A stretch of 64,000 nt of DNA from Macrostomum lignano (GCA_002269645.1 NIVC01001200.1:273545-337544), one strand, 5' to 3'; counted from the stretch's first letter, positions 24,401 through 37,057 are shown. Numbers and translations: made by a program. Notes: a model not told the origin generated them from the sequence alone.

Positions 24401-27400
24401 ACACAAACCTTTCCCCAACACAAACTCATTCCCTGACACAAACTCATTCCCTGACATAAACTCGTTCCCCAACACAAACTCATTCCCTGACACAAACTCA
24501 TTCCCTGACACAAACTCATTCCCTGACACAAACGCATTCCCTGACACAAACTCATTCCCTGACACAAACTCATTACCTGACACAAACTCATTCCCTGACA
24601 CAAACGCATTCCCTGACACAAACTCATTCCCTGACACAAACTCATTCCCTGACACAAACTCATTCCCTGACACAAACGCATTCCCTGACACAAACTCATT
24701 CCCTGACACAAACTCATTACCTGACACAAACTCATTCCCTGACACAAACGCATTCCCTGACACAAACGCATTCCCTGACACAAACTCGCTCCCTGACACA
24801 AACTCATTCCCTGACACAAACTCATTCCCTGACACAAACTCATTCCCTGACACAAACTCATTACCTGACACAAACTCATTCCCTGACACAAACGCATTCC
24901 CTGACACAAACGCATTCCCTGACACAAACTCATTCCCTGACACAAACTCATTCCCTGACACAAACGCATTCCCTGACACAAACTCATTCCCTGACACAAA
25001 CTCATTCCCTGACACAAACTCATTCCCTGACACAAACTCATTCCCTGACACAAACTCATTACCTGACACAAACTCATTCCCTGACACAAACGCATTCCCT
25101 GACATAAACTCATTCCCCAACACAAACTCATTCCCTGACACAAACTCATTCCCTGACACAAACGCATTCCCTGACATAAACTCATTCCCCAACACAAACT
25201 CATTCCCTGACACAAACTCATTCCCTGACATAAACTCATTCCCCAACACAAACTCATTCCCTGACACAAGCCTCAGCACCTGTCACGCAGTCAAATGATT
25301 CTCAAGAGTCAGTCAATGAAATTTGACCAGTCAGGAACTGCCAAACCCACTTCAACAACCAGGCAAGAGCAGAAGTCTGTAAGCCAGTCAGACCTGAATG
25401 AAGACATGCGGCTGACAAAAACTAGCAAAGTTTACCATAGAAACCGGTAATTCCATCTGAACTAATTTGCTCTGACCAATCTGTGCTGGATTCCTCTCCC
25501 CACGCTAACCTCTCATTCATAATTGCACAATTTTCTTTAATTTTTACTCGGGCCAAGATATTCCAGGAAATGCATGCAGCAGTGTTTGAGCACATGTCCT
25601 ACTGCCCATATATGCATGCCTAAACTGACTTGGTCAGGGTTTTACGACCTGCTCTCAACGTATTGACCGGGCTTGGGTGAATTTTTTTAACAAGGACTCG
25701 CGGCTGAAATGCAAGTTTTTTACTGTTTTCTCTTAGATTAGTTTCCGCTTCTTGGGCTGGGTGGGGCTGGCGCGCTGTGCTTAGAAATGCGCTGAGTTTG
25801 GCTGGCAGGGACTCGAGCCTTGGAATTGGGTTTGATTTGAGTGAGGCGGTGAGTAAGGCAGTGAGTAAGACAGTGACAGGCAGTGAGTGGGACAGCGAGT
25901 GAGATAGTGACAGGCAGTGAGTGAGTGAGACAGCAAGTGAGACAGCAAGTGAGACAGCAAGTGAGTCAGCAAGTGAGACAGCAAGTGAGACAGCAAGTGA
26001 GACAGCAAGTGAGACAGCAAGTGAGACAGCAAGTGAGACAGCAAATGAGTCAGTAAGTGAGACAGCAAGTGAAACAGCAAATGAGTCAGTAAGCAAGACA
26101 GCAAGTGAGACAGCAAGTGAGTCAGTAAGTGAGACAGTAAGTAAGGCCTGTGAATAAGGCTGTGGGTAAGAGGTTGAGTAAAACATAGAGTGAGGCAGTG
26201 GGTGAGGCAGTGAGAGAGGGGATGCGTTGAGCAGTTTGAAGACCCAGTTCAGGCTGGAGTTCTCAGCCCGGGCTCCGCAGGCCATCGGAGATGCCCCCCC
26301 CCCGACCCCAGGGCCATCATTCAAAGCTGATTAATTTCGCAGCTTATGGCACGAGCTCAGTTTCACAGGCGCCCCGCTCATCCCTGCCAGGGTTGTCTCA
26401 GATTTTCTCCGAGTCTGATGAATGCCCCGCCCAGGCTGAGCCCGCCGGGAGGGACAGGCAGGCAGGGGGAGAAAGGCTCGGGGAAGAAATTATCCCGAAA
26501 ATATCCCCCCCGCTCGACATGGGAAATTGCGGCGCGAGGAAGTTCTTCCAATCTCCAGTTTATTAGAAATTATGCCCGGCCGCTTGCCCACTTTGGCCAG
26601 CCGTGATTGATGGCTGCGGCCTACCGGGCTTCCCGGCAGCAGCTGATTGATCCCCGCCGCCCGGGGAGATAAAAATCCCCGGCTCCAGCAATCTCAGACT
26701 TTGTGGCCTTTGCTGGGCAAAAATCTGCAGGTTTCTTCCGACCTGATTTTGCCTGTCTAACAGGTGTAGTCTTTCTAACAGGTGCAGATTGAGTCTGTCT
26801 AACAGGTGCAGATTGAGTCTGTCTAACAGGTGTAGTCTTTCTAACAGGTACAGATTGAGTCTGTCTAACAGGTACAGATTGAGTCTGTCTAACAGGTGCA
26901 GATTGAGTCTGTCTAACAGGTGTAGATTGAGTCTGTCTAACAGGTGCAGATTGAGTCTGTCTAACAGGTGTAGATTGAGTCTGTCTAACAGGTGCAGATT
27001 GAGTCTTTCTAACAGGTGTAGATTATGCCTGTCTAACAGGTGTAGATTATGCCTGTCTAACAGGTGTAGATTATGCCTGTCTAACAGGTATAGATTATGC
27101 CTGTCTAACAGGTGTAGATTATGTCTGTCTAACAGGTTCAGATTATGCCTGTCTAACAGATGTAGATTATGCCTGTCTAACAGGTGCAGATTGAGTCTGT
27201 CTAACAGGTATAGCTTATGCCTGTCTAACAGGTGTAGATTATGCCTGTCTAACAGGTGTAGATTATGCCTGTCTAACAGGTGCAGATTGAGTCTGTCTAA
27301 CAGGTATAGCTTATGCCTGTCTAACAGGTGTAGATTATGCCTGTCTAACAGGTATAGATTATGCCTGTCTAACAGGTATAGATTATGCCTGTCTAACAGG

Positions 27401-30400
27401 TGTAGATTATGCCTGTCTAACAGATGTAGATTATGTCTGTCTAACAGGTTCAGATTATGCCTGTCTAACAGATGTAGATTATGCCTGTCTAACAGGTGTA
27501 GATTATGCCTGTCTAACAGGTTCAGATTATGCCTGTCTAACAGGTGCAGATTATGCCTGTCTAACAGGTGTAGATTATGCCTGTCTAACAGGTTCAGATT
27601 ATGCCTGTCTAACAGGTGTAGATTATGCCTGTCTAACAGGTTCAGATTATGCCTGTCTAACAGGTGCAGGTTTTGCCTTAACAGGTATCAGACGGTGGCT
27701 AGGACACAGAAGCAGTGGCCATTGTTATTTCGGGGCCTTATCAACCCAAATGAGGTGAGCATTACCCACCCAGCAGCCAGACAGATGCAGGCCCGCCTAC
27801 AGACCCTGGACGGGTTGTCTGCTCTGGGAGACTGGCAAAAATTATGCATAGATGAGGCCGCATCCCGCTTTGCTCTAGGCCAGGGAGATCCTGAACCATG
27901 ATCTGGAAAGCCAGTTCTTCCTCAAATCCTCATTTTCCAGACGCGATTGGGCTGGCAGGTGCTTGATGTATATTTTTATTAACTCGATCTTATTTTAATG
28001 TTGACAAGAATTCTCAGCATCTCGCTTCAAAGTCATCTCGATTTCCTAGATATGGACTGCGTAGTGCTTCCGATGGAACTCTAAAAAAGCAAAAAAAATC
28101 TACATTTTTACAGGTACCGATAGATTTCATGACGTCCAACTGTTTGACTCCATTGTCTCCAATGACGGACACTGAGTCAGTCAGGAACCCCGCCAGGAAG
28201 TCTGGGGATTTGGCAGGAGTCCGCGCTCCAGACTCTGGTTCAAGGCCTCCTTGGCCAGGCCCTGTAATTTACCCCCCCCCCCGAGACCGCATCGGGGTGT
28301 GCGCTCACATTGATTGATGAAGCCAGGCCTGATTAAGATCGGCCAGGAGTCTGTGACGCATTTTGAGCAGCGCCGCATCGCCGGGTGAATATCGTCTGAG
28401 AGCAGTCGAACTTTGTTGTTCTTTGCTCCCAACGGGATAATTTTAGCCGACTCTGCTGACGCGCGGGGAGCAAGGGGGGAGTATTTTCCTCTGGGATTCA
28501 GAAATAGCTCTTCCCCTCGCCCCCTCTCCCGCCTCCACTTTCCTAAGGGCGGGGGCTGATCGATCAGCAGCATCATCATCGCTCTCAGGCATCCCCCGAT
28601 CTATTTATAGAAGCCGAGAGTTCGGGCTATTTTCGGGCAGGGGTTGCGTCACTGCTTGCAGAAGAGAGAGGGGGGAATCCCGCCTAGGGCTGAGCTGCAG
28701 CTGGCAGAGCCGCCCCCGCTTATCCGACCCGGTTGAGCAGCTCCTGCGCTGCCAAATTTCTGTCTTTTTTTATCTCAGCTGCCTGCTGCGCCTTTCCGCC
28801 TCCACTTGCTGTGCCGCAGCCAGTTTGAATAGTGAGCTGATAAGCAGCAGGTTGGGGGGGGTCTTATCTCCTAGCGCTGACCCCGCAGACAGACAGGCCC
28901 AGCTTGGAGACACCCGGCCCAGAGCTGGGGGTGCATTGTAGCTTCTCAGCCGAGCTGCTGCCACCTTCACCCCAACTCCCACTTCTCTTCAGTGCAGCTG
29001 ACTTGGGATCTGGGAAAACCAGCAGCTGTCAGACTGGGAATCGATGGAGAGAAAAATCCCGCCTCGGAAGGCGTCTCTTGCGGAAACGTTTGACAATTTG
29101 CAGCAGAATCTGACATGAACTGGCGCCATCGCTTTGAGTATCAGGGATGCACCACTGTGTGTTAAATAGAATGCCTTAGGCTCTCTAAGCGTCAGGCATG
29201 TAACACTCTCTGCGCCTTAGGAGTTGGCCCTCACGGGTGGGTGGAACTCCATTTTCAAATACTTTCTGCATCGCAACAACTCACTTTTGCACTGGCAGCA
29301 TCATTTCTCAATGAAAGCGAACGCTTGCATCGGAGATGAGCCGAAAATCCCGGCAGAGATAAGCAGCAGGCTCAGACCGCCTGCCGTCTGTCAGGGGGAG
29401 GCGGGGGAGGCAACGCCAGCCTGGGGAGGCCAAGAGTAGCCTGTGTGACTGCGGCTCATTTGTACGGCCACCCAAAACCCCCTCAACTGCTTCCCCCCCA
29501 AAAAAAGCCGGCCTGGCAACAAATCAGCCAAGCGGAAGGCGGTGACACCAGCCAGACTCCACTCTGCTCAGCTGCTCAGCTACCCCCCCCCCCCTCCTCC
29601 AGCCTGGCATTGGGGCGCGGTGGGCACCCAGTGGTAAAGGGCAGGGGATGACAAGCAGGCGGGCGGAACCAGAGCATAAAATAACAAGCGGCAGCCCGGC
29701 GCGCTACACCATCTTCATTCATCTTCAAGTCACTTGACGAATTTCCGCAGGGAGCCCCGCCAGGTGCTGCTGAGCCTCGACCCCGGTTGCAGCAGCTCCG
29801 GCAGCAGCAGCGCCAACGGCAGCAGCGGCGGAGGCCCCGGCCTCGGCTTCAACATTGTCGGCGGCCAGGACGGCGCCGGCGTCTTCGTGAGCGGCCTGCT
29901 GCCAGGCGGCATCGCCGAGCGCTCCCGACGACTGCGCCGCGGTGACCAGCTGCTGGCGGTGAACGGCGCCGACCTCTGCCGGGCCGGACACTGCGAAGCG
30001 GCCGCGGCTCTCAAATCGGCGGTCGCGGCGGCAGCAGCGGCAAGCAAAAGCGGCAAGGCGGGCGCGGTGCAGCTGCTGGTCGCCTACCGGCCAGAGGAGT
30101 TCACGCGGTTCCAAGCGCGGGTCCTGCGGGCCAAAGAGCTTCAGCAGCAACAGCAGGCAGCGGCCGCGGCGGCAGAGGCAATGCTCCCAACGGCTGATGC
30201 TGACGGTGACGCGGACGTCGGCACGGCGACGCTGAAGACAACGCAGAAGCGCAGCGTCTACGTCCGAGCTGAGTTCGACTTCGACCCGGCGCGCGAGTCC
30301 GGGCTGCCGAACCGCGGCATCGCCTTCCGGCGCGGCGACATCCTGCACGTCACCAACGCCTCCGACGACGAGTGGTGGCAGGCGCGCCGAGTTGGCAACT

Positions 30401-31971
30401 CCGGCAGCCAGGCCAGCTTCGGCATCGTGCCGTCCAAGCGACGGGTTGAGCGGCGCGAGCGGGCAAAGCTGCGCAAAGTCAACTTCAACAACAGCCGCAG
30501 CGGCAGCGGCGGAGGCGGCTCGACCGAGACCAGCCTCGACGGCAGCAGCGGCGGCAGAGGCGGCGGCGGCTCGCTGGACCGCAGCTCCGCCAAGAAGAAG
30601 CCGTCATTGCTGCAGCGGCTGCACATCGGCCACCACCACCACCACCACCATCACCACGACCACCAGTCCGGCCAGCAGCAGCGAAGCCTCCAGGAAGACG
30701 ACGACGACTTGGTCTCGGCGGCCGCGACAGCTTCGGGTGGCTCCACCGAGGCCGGCAGCCAGCGAATTCCGTCCTACGAGCTGGTGCGGCAGACCAAGCC
30801 AACGGCCACCCGGCCAATCATTCTGCTGGGCCCGCTGCGCGACCAGCTTAACGACGCCCTGGCCAGCAACTACCCGGACCGGTTCGCCAGCTGCGTTCCG
30901 CACACCACCCGGGCGCCGCGGGAGGGCGAGGAGGACGGCCGGGACTACCACTTCGTGGCCAGCCGCGAGCAGATGGAGCGGGACATCGCCGGCCAGCAGT
31001 TCGTGGAGGCCGGCCGCTACAACGGCAATCTGTACGGCACCTCCGTCCAGAGTGTCCGGGCCGTGGCGGACAGCGGCCGGCACTGCATCCTGGACGTGTC
31101 CGGCCAGGCCATTCGGCGGCTGGAGGCGGCCGGCCTGCACCCTATTGTGATCTTCCTGCGGCCGCTGGCGCCAGAGAACATCGCGCAGCTGCGGCCGGAG
31201 GTCGGGCCAGAGCAGGCGGCCGCGCTGTTTGAGAAGGCCGGCAAGATCGAAGCAGAGTTCGGCAGCATGTTCACTGGTGAGGCCTCGCATGTCAGACAAT
31301 GTGTCAGAAAAAATGTCAAGGAATTTGTGTCGAAAAAATGTGTCAAAAAAGACGAATGTCAACGGTTTGTCAGACGAATGTCAGACGGTTCATCGAATGT
31401 CGGACGGTTCATCGAATGTGGGACGATGTGTCACACGAATTAATGTCGAATTTTGAACGAATGTGTCAGACGAAGTGTCAGACGATGTGTCAGACGAATG
31501 TGTCAGACGATGTGTCAGACGAATGTGTCAGACGATGTGTCAGAAGAATGTGTCAGACGATGTGTCAAGCGAATGTGTCAGACAAATGTGTTGGAATGCC
31601 AGAATGTCAGACTATGCATTCAAAATAATTTCAGACGATCTGTCCGTTAAAAACATTTCGGATGTTGTGTCAGGTGAATATCTTGCGGTGTGTGGTGTGT
31701 CAGGAAAACCATAGTAATTTGCACCAGGCGGTGTCAGTAAAACCCAGTCAGCCAGTTTCAAATTATTTTATTCATGCAAAGCTGGGCGTGAACATTCAGA
31801 TAGGAATTCACCCGGTCGCTCGCTTATCCCTGACCGACTCAAACCAAACCCGACCCTGCAGCCGCTGTCTCGGGCAGCACAGTGGAGGACCTGTTCGCCC
31901 AGGTCAGGCGCGTCATCGCCCAGCACTCCGACCAGATGGTGTGGGTCGCCTGCACCGACGACCAGCTGTGA
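12428..31971 (+). CDS. DLG1: Discs large MAGUK (L27-PDZ1-PDZ2-PDZ3-SH3-GUK), long isoform about 974 aa plus an unlocated first exon
   Basis: Exons 12428-12559, 12663-12799, 14117-14540, 15134-15490, 17923-18030, 21950-22079, 29751-31276, 31862-31971; phases compatible throughout. L27 (DATRALELLEQY...EIQEFYEVTLL), PDZ loops GFGFSIAGG/GLGFSIAGG/GLGFNIVGG, SH3 (VYVRAEFDFDP, DEWWQAR), GUK (SCVPHTTR, EAGRYNGNLYGT), C-terminus MVWVACTDDQL*. Start-codon exon not identified. Confidence 0.9.
12845..13020. repeat. 23-bp minisatellite in DLG intron
   Basis: Unit ATTCAGTGACTGGATAGCAGGCT, about 8 copies. Confidence 0.9.
14643..15092. repeat. 13-bp minisatellite in the DLG PDZ1-PDZ2 intron
   Basis: Unit GGACTCACCTCTC, about 34 near-identical copies. 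Confidence 0.95.
15495..16353. repeat. 32-bp minisatellite starting at a splice donor
   Basis: Unit TTGCTGACTCATCTGTATGTGCTCAGCTATGG, about 27 copies, beginning about 5 nt into the intron. Confidence 0.95.
17028..17625. repeat. Adjacent 35-bp and 39-bp minisatellites sharing GGGTCAG/CTGACCC
   Basis: 35-bp GGGTCAGCTGACCCAGCCAATAAGTCTGTACAGAT (to about 17330), then 39-bp CTGACCCAGTGAGTGTGTAGAGATTGGGTCAGCCATCTC. Confidence 0.92.
18036..18366. repeat. 24-bp minisatellite directly after donor at 18031
   Basis: Unit GACTGAGCTGCATGACCATACCCT, about 14 copies, with degenerate continuation to about 18560. Confidence 0.93.
18567..19518. repeat. 19-bp minisatellite
   Basis: Unit CAGTCATGAGGTCACAATG, about 50 copies, ending about 20 nt before the acceptor at 19537. 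Confidence 0.96.
19538..19629 (+). CDS. Candidate alternative terminal exon of the DLG gene (short L27-PDZ1-PDZ2 isoform)
   Basis: Acceptor CCCGCAG at 19537, phase 1 matching upstream donors; reads AGFQGPADGAPSSSKKSKGLGGLFGGGKKK* (TGA 19627-19629); AATAAA at 19963. Confidence 0.6.
20826..21052. repeat. 45-bp minisatellite
   Basis: Unit GTTTGTGTAGGCATGTCAGGGTGACGGATGGCGTGCTGTCTTCAG, about 5 copies. Confidence 0.9.
22092..22465. repeat. 21-bp degenerate minisatellite after donor at 22080
   Basis: Consensus CAGATGTGTGAATGAGGAATT, about 17 copies. Confidence 0.88.
23070..23600. repeat. CT-rich polypyrimidine low-complexity tract
   Basis: Core 23070-23420 is overwhelmingly C/T (CTCTCCC-like units). 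Confidence 0.9.
24398..25268. repeat. 18-bp minisatellite
   Basis: Unit CCCTGACACAAACTCATT, about 48 copies. Confidence 0.95.
25850..26145. repeat. 12-bp minisatellite
   Basis: Unit GTGAGACAGCAA with GTGAGT/GTAAGT variants. Confidence 0.9.
26750..27685. repeat. 24-bp minisatellite
   Basis: Unit CTAACAGGTGTAGATTATGCCTGT (variant ...GCAGATTGAGTCTGT), about 38 copies. Confidence 0.94.
31288..31600. repeat. TGTGTCAGACGA-type degenerate minisatellite in the last DLG intron
   Basis: Alternating 11-12-bp units ATGTGTCAGACG(A), starting shortly after the donor at 31277. Confidence 0.85.
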
Positions 31972-32671
31972 TCTGCCGCGGTTCACTGCAGCGGAAGCCG
32001 ACTCTTGCACAGTCGCGCCAGTCACTGAGCCGCCCATTTTACACGCTCAACAAATGTGCTTATCTGCTTAGCCAATGTTCTCAGTGACAGTTCTTAAGCG
32101 CCCGCGCCCAGTATTTGGAAGCCAGCCGGCACCCCCTGCTGTGCAGCCCCACCCCCCGGCAGTAGAAGGAAAAGAGGCTTTATTTCTTAGAAAAGGCTGG
32201 CTTCAGGCGAAAAATGCACTGCCGAGATGTACCTTGAACAGTATTGAACAGCCAATGAAATTAATGATGCGGTGACACCTACTCGTGCAACATGAGCAGG
32301 AGTTGATTGAAGAATAAATTGAAAATACGATGCCTCGCACAAAAAAGCAATTCTTATCTTGGAAGTGTACTTTGAGCGTCAAGCAGGCCTTCAAATCATG
32401 CTTTCTAAGAAATCTTTATATCCTTCTAACTGCGTATTCCTGGAGTCTCTATAAATTGTATTCTCGCACCCGTTCTCAGATGGATCAGCAAAAGCCCGGC
32501 CGGCCTGAGCTCACTGAGTGAATTGAACTTCAAAATCTTGCTTTTGTCGCTGCCTGGAAGCGGCCATTCTAGCGATACGCCTCAATAAACCAAACTCAGT
32601 CTTGTACTCGGATTTTCAGATAAATCCCTTCGGTCCGCGGCATGCCTCTCAGTTATTTGACGGCTAAAGGC

Positions 32672-35600
32672 CACTGGGGAATATGGGGAGCCAGGGACAG
32701 ATGAAGCAGGGGGATTCTGCATTGGGGAATATGGGGAGCATGGGACAGATGAAGCAGGGGGATTCTGCATTGGGGAATATGGGGAGCCAGGGACAGATGA
32801 AGCAGGGGGATTCTGCATTGGGGAATATGGGGAGCCAGGGACAGATGAAGCAGGGGGATTCTGCATTGGGGAATATGGGGAGCCAGGGACAGATGAAGCA
32901 GGGGGATTCTGCATTGGGGAATATGGGGAGCCAGGGACAGATGAAGCAGGGGGATTCTGCATTGGGAAATATGGGGAGCCAGGGACAGATGAAGCAGGAT
33001 TCTGCACTGGGGAATTATGGGGAGCATGGGACAGATGAAGCAGGATTCTGCACTGGGGAATTATGGGGAGCATGGGACAGATGAAGCAGGATTCTGCATT
33101 GGGAAATATGGAGAGCATGGGACAGATGAAGCAGGATTCTGCATTGGGGAATATGGGGAGCATGGGACAGATGAAGCAGGGGGATTCTGCACTGGGGAAT
33201 ATGGGGAGCCAGGGACAGATGAAGCAGAGGGATTCTGCACTGGGGAATATGGGAGAGCCAGGGACAGATGAAGCAGAGGGATTTTGCACTGGGGAATATG
33301 GGAGAGCCAGGGACAGATGAAGCAGGATTCTGCACTGGGAAATATGGGGAGCATGGGACAGATGAAGCAGGGGGATTCTGCATTGGGGAATATGGGGAGC
33401 ATGGGACAGATGAAACAGGATTCTGCACTGGGGAATATGGGGAGCCAGGGACAGATGAAGCAGGGGGATTCTGCATTGGGGAATATGGGGAGCCAGGGAC
33501 AGATGAAGCAGGGGGATTCTGCATTGGGGAATATGGGGAGCCAGGGACAGATGAAGCAGGGGATTCTGCATTGGGAAATATGGGGAGCCAGGGACAGATG
33601 AAGCAGGATTCTGCACTGGGGAATTATGGGGAGCATGGGACAGATGAAGCAGGATTCTGCACTGGGGAATTATGGGGAGCATGGGACAGATGAAGCAGGA
33701 TTCTGCATTGGGAAATATGGAGAGCCAGGGACAGATGAAGCAGGGGGATTCTGCACTGGGGAATATGGGGAGCATGGGACAGATGAAGCAGTGGGATTCT
33801 GCACTGGGGAATATGGGGAGCATGGGACAGATGAAGCAGAGGGATTCTGCATTGGGGAATATGGGGAGCATGGGACAGATGAAGCAGGATTCTGCACTGG
33901 GGAATATGGGGAGCCAGGGACAGATGAAGCAGGATTCTGCACTGGGGAATATGGGGAGCATGGGACAGATGAAGCAGGATTCTGCACTGGGGAATATGGG
34001 GAGCATGGGACAGATGAAGCAGGGGGATTCTGCATTGGGGAATATGGGGAGCATGGGACAGATGAAGCAGGGGGATTCTGCACTGGGGAATATGGGGAGC
34101 ATGGGACAGATGAAGCAGGATTCTGCACTAGGAAATATGGGGAGCATGGGAAAGATGAAGCAGGGGGATTCTGCACTGGGGAATATGGGGAGCATGTGAC
34201 AGATGAAGCAGGGGGATTCTGCACTGGGGAATATGGGGAGCATGTGACAGATGAAGCAGGATTCTGCACTGGAGAATATGGAGAGCCAGGGACAGATGAA
34301 GCAGGATTCTGCACTGGGGAATATGGGGAGCATGGGACAGATGAAGCAGAGGGATTCTGCATTGGGGAACATGGGGAGCCAGGGACAGATGAAGCAGGAT
34401 TCTGTACTGGGGAATATGGGGAGCATCGGACAGATGAAGCAGGGGGATTCTGCACTGGGGAATATGGGGAGCATGGGACAGATGAAGCAGGATTCTGCAC
34501 TAGGAAATATGGGGAGCATGGGACAGATGAAGCAGGGGGATTCTGCACTGGGGAATATGGGGAGCCAGGGACAGATGAAGCAGAGGGATTTTGCACTGGG
34601 GAATATGGGAGAGCCAGGGACAGATAAAGCAGGATTCTGCACTGGGAAATATGGGGAGCATGGGACAGATGAAGCAGGGGGATTCTGCACTGGGGAATAT
34701 GGGGAGCCAGGGACAGATGAAGCAGGGGATTCTGCACTGGGGAATATGGGGAGCCAGGGACAGATGAAGCAGGGGGATTCTGTATTGGGGAATATGGGGA
34801 GCATGGGACAGATGAAGCAGGATTCTGCACTGGGGAACATGGGGAGCCAGGGACAGATGAAACAGGATTCTGCACTGGGGAACATGGGGAGCCAGGGACA
34901 GATGAAGCCGGATTCTGTACTGGGGAATATGGGGAGCATCGGACAGATGAAGCAGGATTCTGCACTGGGGAACATGGGGAGCATGGGACAGATGAAGCAG
35001 GGGGATTCTGCACTGGGGAATATGGGGAGCCAGGGACAGATGAAGCAGGGGGATTCTGCACTGGGAAATATGGGGAGCATGGGACAGATGAAGCAGGATT
35101 CTGCATTGGGGAATATGGGGAGCATGGGACAGATGAAGCAGGGGGATTCTGCACTGGGGAATATGGGGAGCATGGGACAGATGAAGCAGGATTCTGCACT
35201 GGGGAACATGGGGAGCCAGGGACAGATGAAACAGGATTCTGCACTGGGGAACATGGGGAGCCAGGGACAGATGAAGCCGGATTCTGTACTGGGGAATATG
35301 GGGAGCATCGGACAGATGAAGCAGGATTCTGCACTGGGGAACATGGGGAGCATGGGACAGATAAAGCAGGGGGATTCTGCACTGGGGAATATGGGGAGCA
35401 TGGGACAGATGAAGCAGGATTCTGCACTGGGAAATATGGGGAGCATGGGACAGATGAAGCAGGATTCTGCATTGGGGAATATGGGGAGCATGGGACAGAT
35501 GAAGCAGGGGGATTCTGCACTGGGGAATATGGGGAGCCAGGGACAGATGAAGCAGAGGGATTCTGCACTGGGGAATATGGGAGAGCCAGGGACAGATGAA

Positions 35601-36172
35601 GCAGAGGGATTTTGCACTGGGGAATATGGGAGAGCCAGGGACAGATGAAGCAGGATTCTGCACTGGGGAATTATGGGGAGCATGGGACAGATGAAGCAGG
35701 ATTCTGCACTGGGGAATTATGGGGAGCATGGGACAGATGAAGCAGGATTCTGCATTGGGAAATATGGAGAGCATGGGACAGATGAAGCAGGATTCTGCAT
35801 TGGGGAATATGGGGAGCATGGGACAGATGAAGCAGGGGGATTCTGCACTGGGGAATATGGGGAGCCAGGGACAGATGAAGCAGGGGGATTCTGCACTGGG
35901 AAATATGGGGAGCATGGGACAGATGAAGCAGGATTCTGCATTGGGGAATATGGGGAGCATGGGACAGATGAAGCAGGGGGATTCTGCACTGGGGAATATG
36001 GGGAGCATGGGACAGATGAAGCAGGATTCTGCACTGGAGAATATGGGGAGCCAGGGACAGATGAAGCAGGATTCTGCACTGGGGAATATGGGGAGCCAGG
36101 GACAGATGAAGCAGGATTCTGTACTGGGGAATATGGGGAGCCAGGGACAGATGAAGCAGGATTCTGCACTGG
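32672..36172. repeat. 3.5-kb G-rich 45/48-bp minisatellite
   Basis: Unit GGGGAATATGGGGAGCATGGGACAGATGAAGCAG(GGG)GATTCTGCACT, roughly 75 copies with interspersed variants. Confidence 0.96.
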
Positions 36173-37057
36173 TTCGGTCTCCAGATGCAATCATCATGAG
36201 AAAATCTGCTCGATAAACTTATGAGTGCTCCTCAGTTGTTTAATTTTTTTCGATTCCGGAGATCCAGAAGCTGAGATATTGTGAGTGCTGCACTAAAAGC
36301 TGAAAACTGAAAGTGTGTCGAAATGTTCTGCTGTAATTTAGATCCTTTAAAAAGTGCTCACCCCCTGAGCTGCCCGGGAAAAGCTCTCGGCTATTTTTGG
36401 AAACATTGAAGTCACCCTCCTTGAAAGCAGCATTTTTAACTCAAAGCTTGAGAAGCCGCGGTCAGCTGGCTTTCATTCAGCTCAAATTGCCTCAAAATGC
36501 CTCCCGAGTGCCGCCGGCAACGCCCGCGCTTCCCGGTCCGGGGAGGTGCAGCTGGAATGCGGGGATATTTTTAGCCAGGCCGATTTGCTGAGCTCGACAG
36601 ATGCTGGATGCGTCATCTCAGTTGCCGCTTCAGTGGGATTGCGTGCGATGCGGGATTCGATCGTCGGACAGCGGGCACAGCGCACGGGTGAAGAAGTTCA
36701 AAGAAATGGAAATCAGGAAGCACAGGCAATTATCAGTAAATTAAGATTAAATTTCTGCTGTTAAAAGCAGCATGTCGGAGATAAATTGAGCTATTTAGCA
36801 CAACACGTGCCGCGTGAATCTATAGAAGTACTGCCACAGAGGATCAGGGACTTCCTGGGTCCAGTATTTACAATAAGAATGGCCGAGCCAAAAAATTAAA
36901 TAGCTACATGTAAATAGAGCTAGATTAGCAATCCAGGCTAGATTAATGAGCAACTATGAATATCGTTAGCAATTCATGATTTGGGCCAGAGAATAGGACT
37001 AATTAGAACTAGAATTCAGTGACTGGGATTAGCATTTCATTCTTAGGATTAGCAGTC

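Noticed and set aside
24385-27901. Repetitive ORFs (CQGMSL, VSGNEF, SETA, RLCLSNRC)
   Set aside because: Intronic minisatellites of the DLG gene; no coding signature.
29725-31362. Long antisense and alternate-frame ORFs over the DLG exon (similar over AP2M1, ATG16-like and cyclase exons)
   Set aside because: Shadow ORFs expected from GC-rich coding sequence.
31277-31443. C-terminal extension GEASHVRQCVRKNV... of the 569-aa ORF
   Set aside because: Read-through past the donor at 31277; the true GUK end is in exon 31862-31971.
32582-36224. ORFs of up to 1033 aa in several frames on both strands
   Set aside because: They are translations of the 45/48-bp minisatellite; open frames on both strands reflect stop-poor units, with no domain or splice context.
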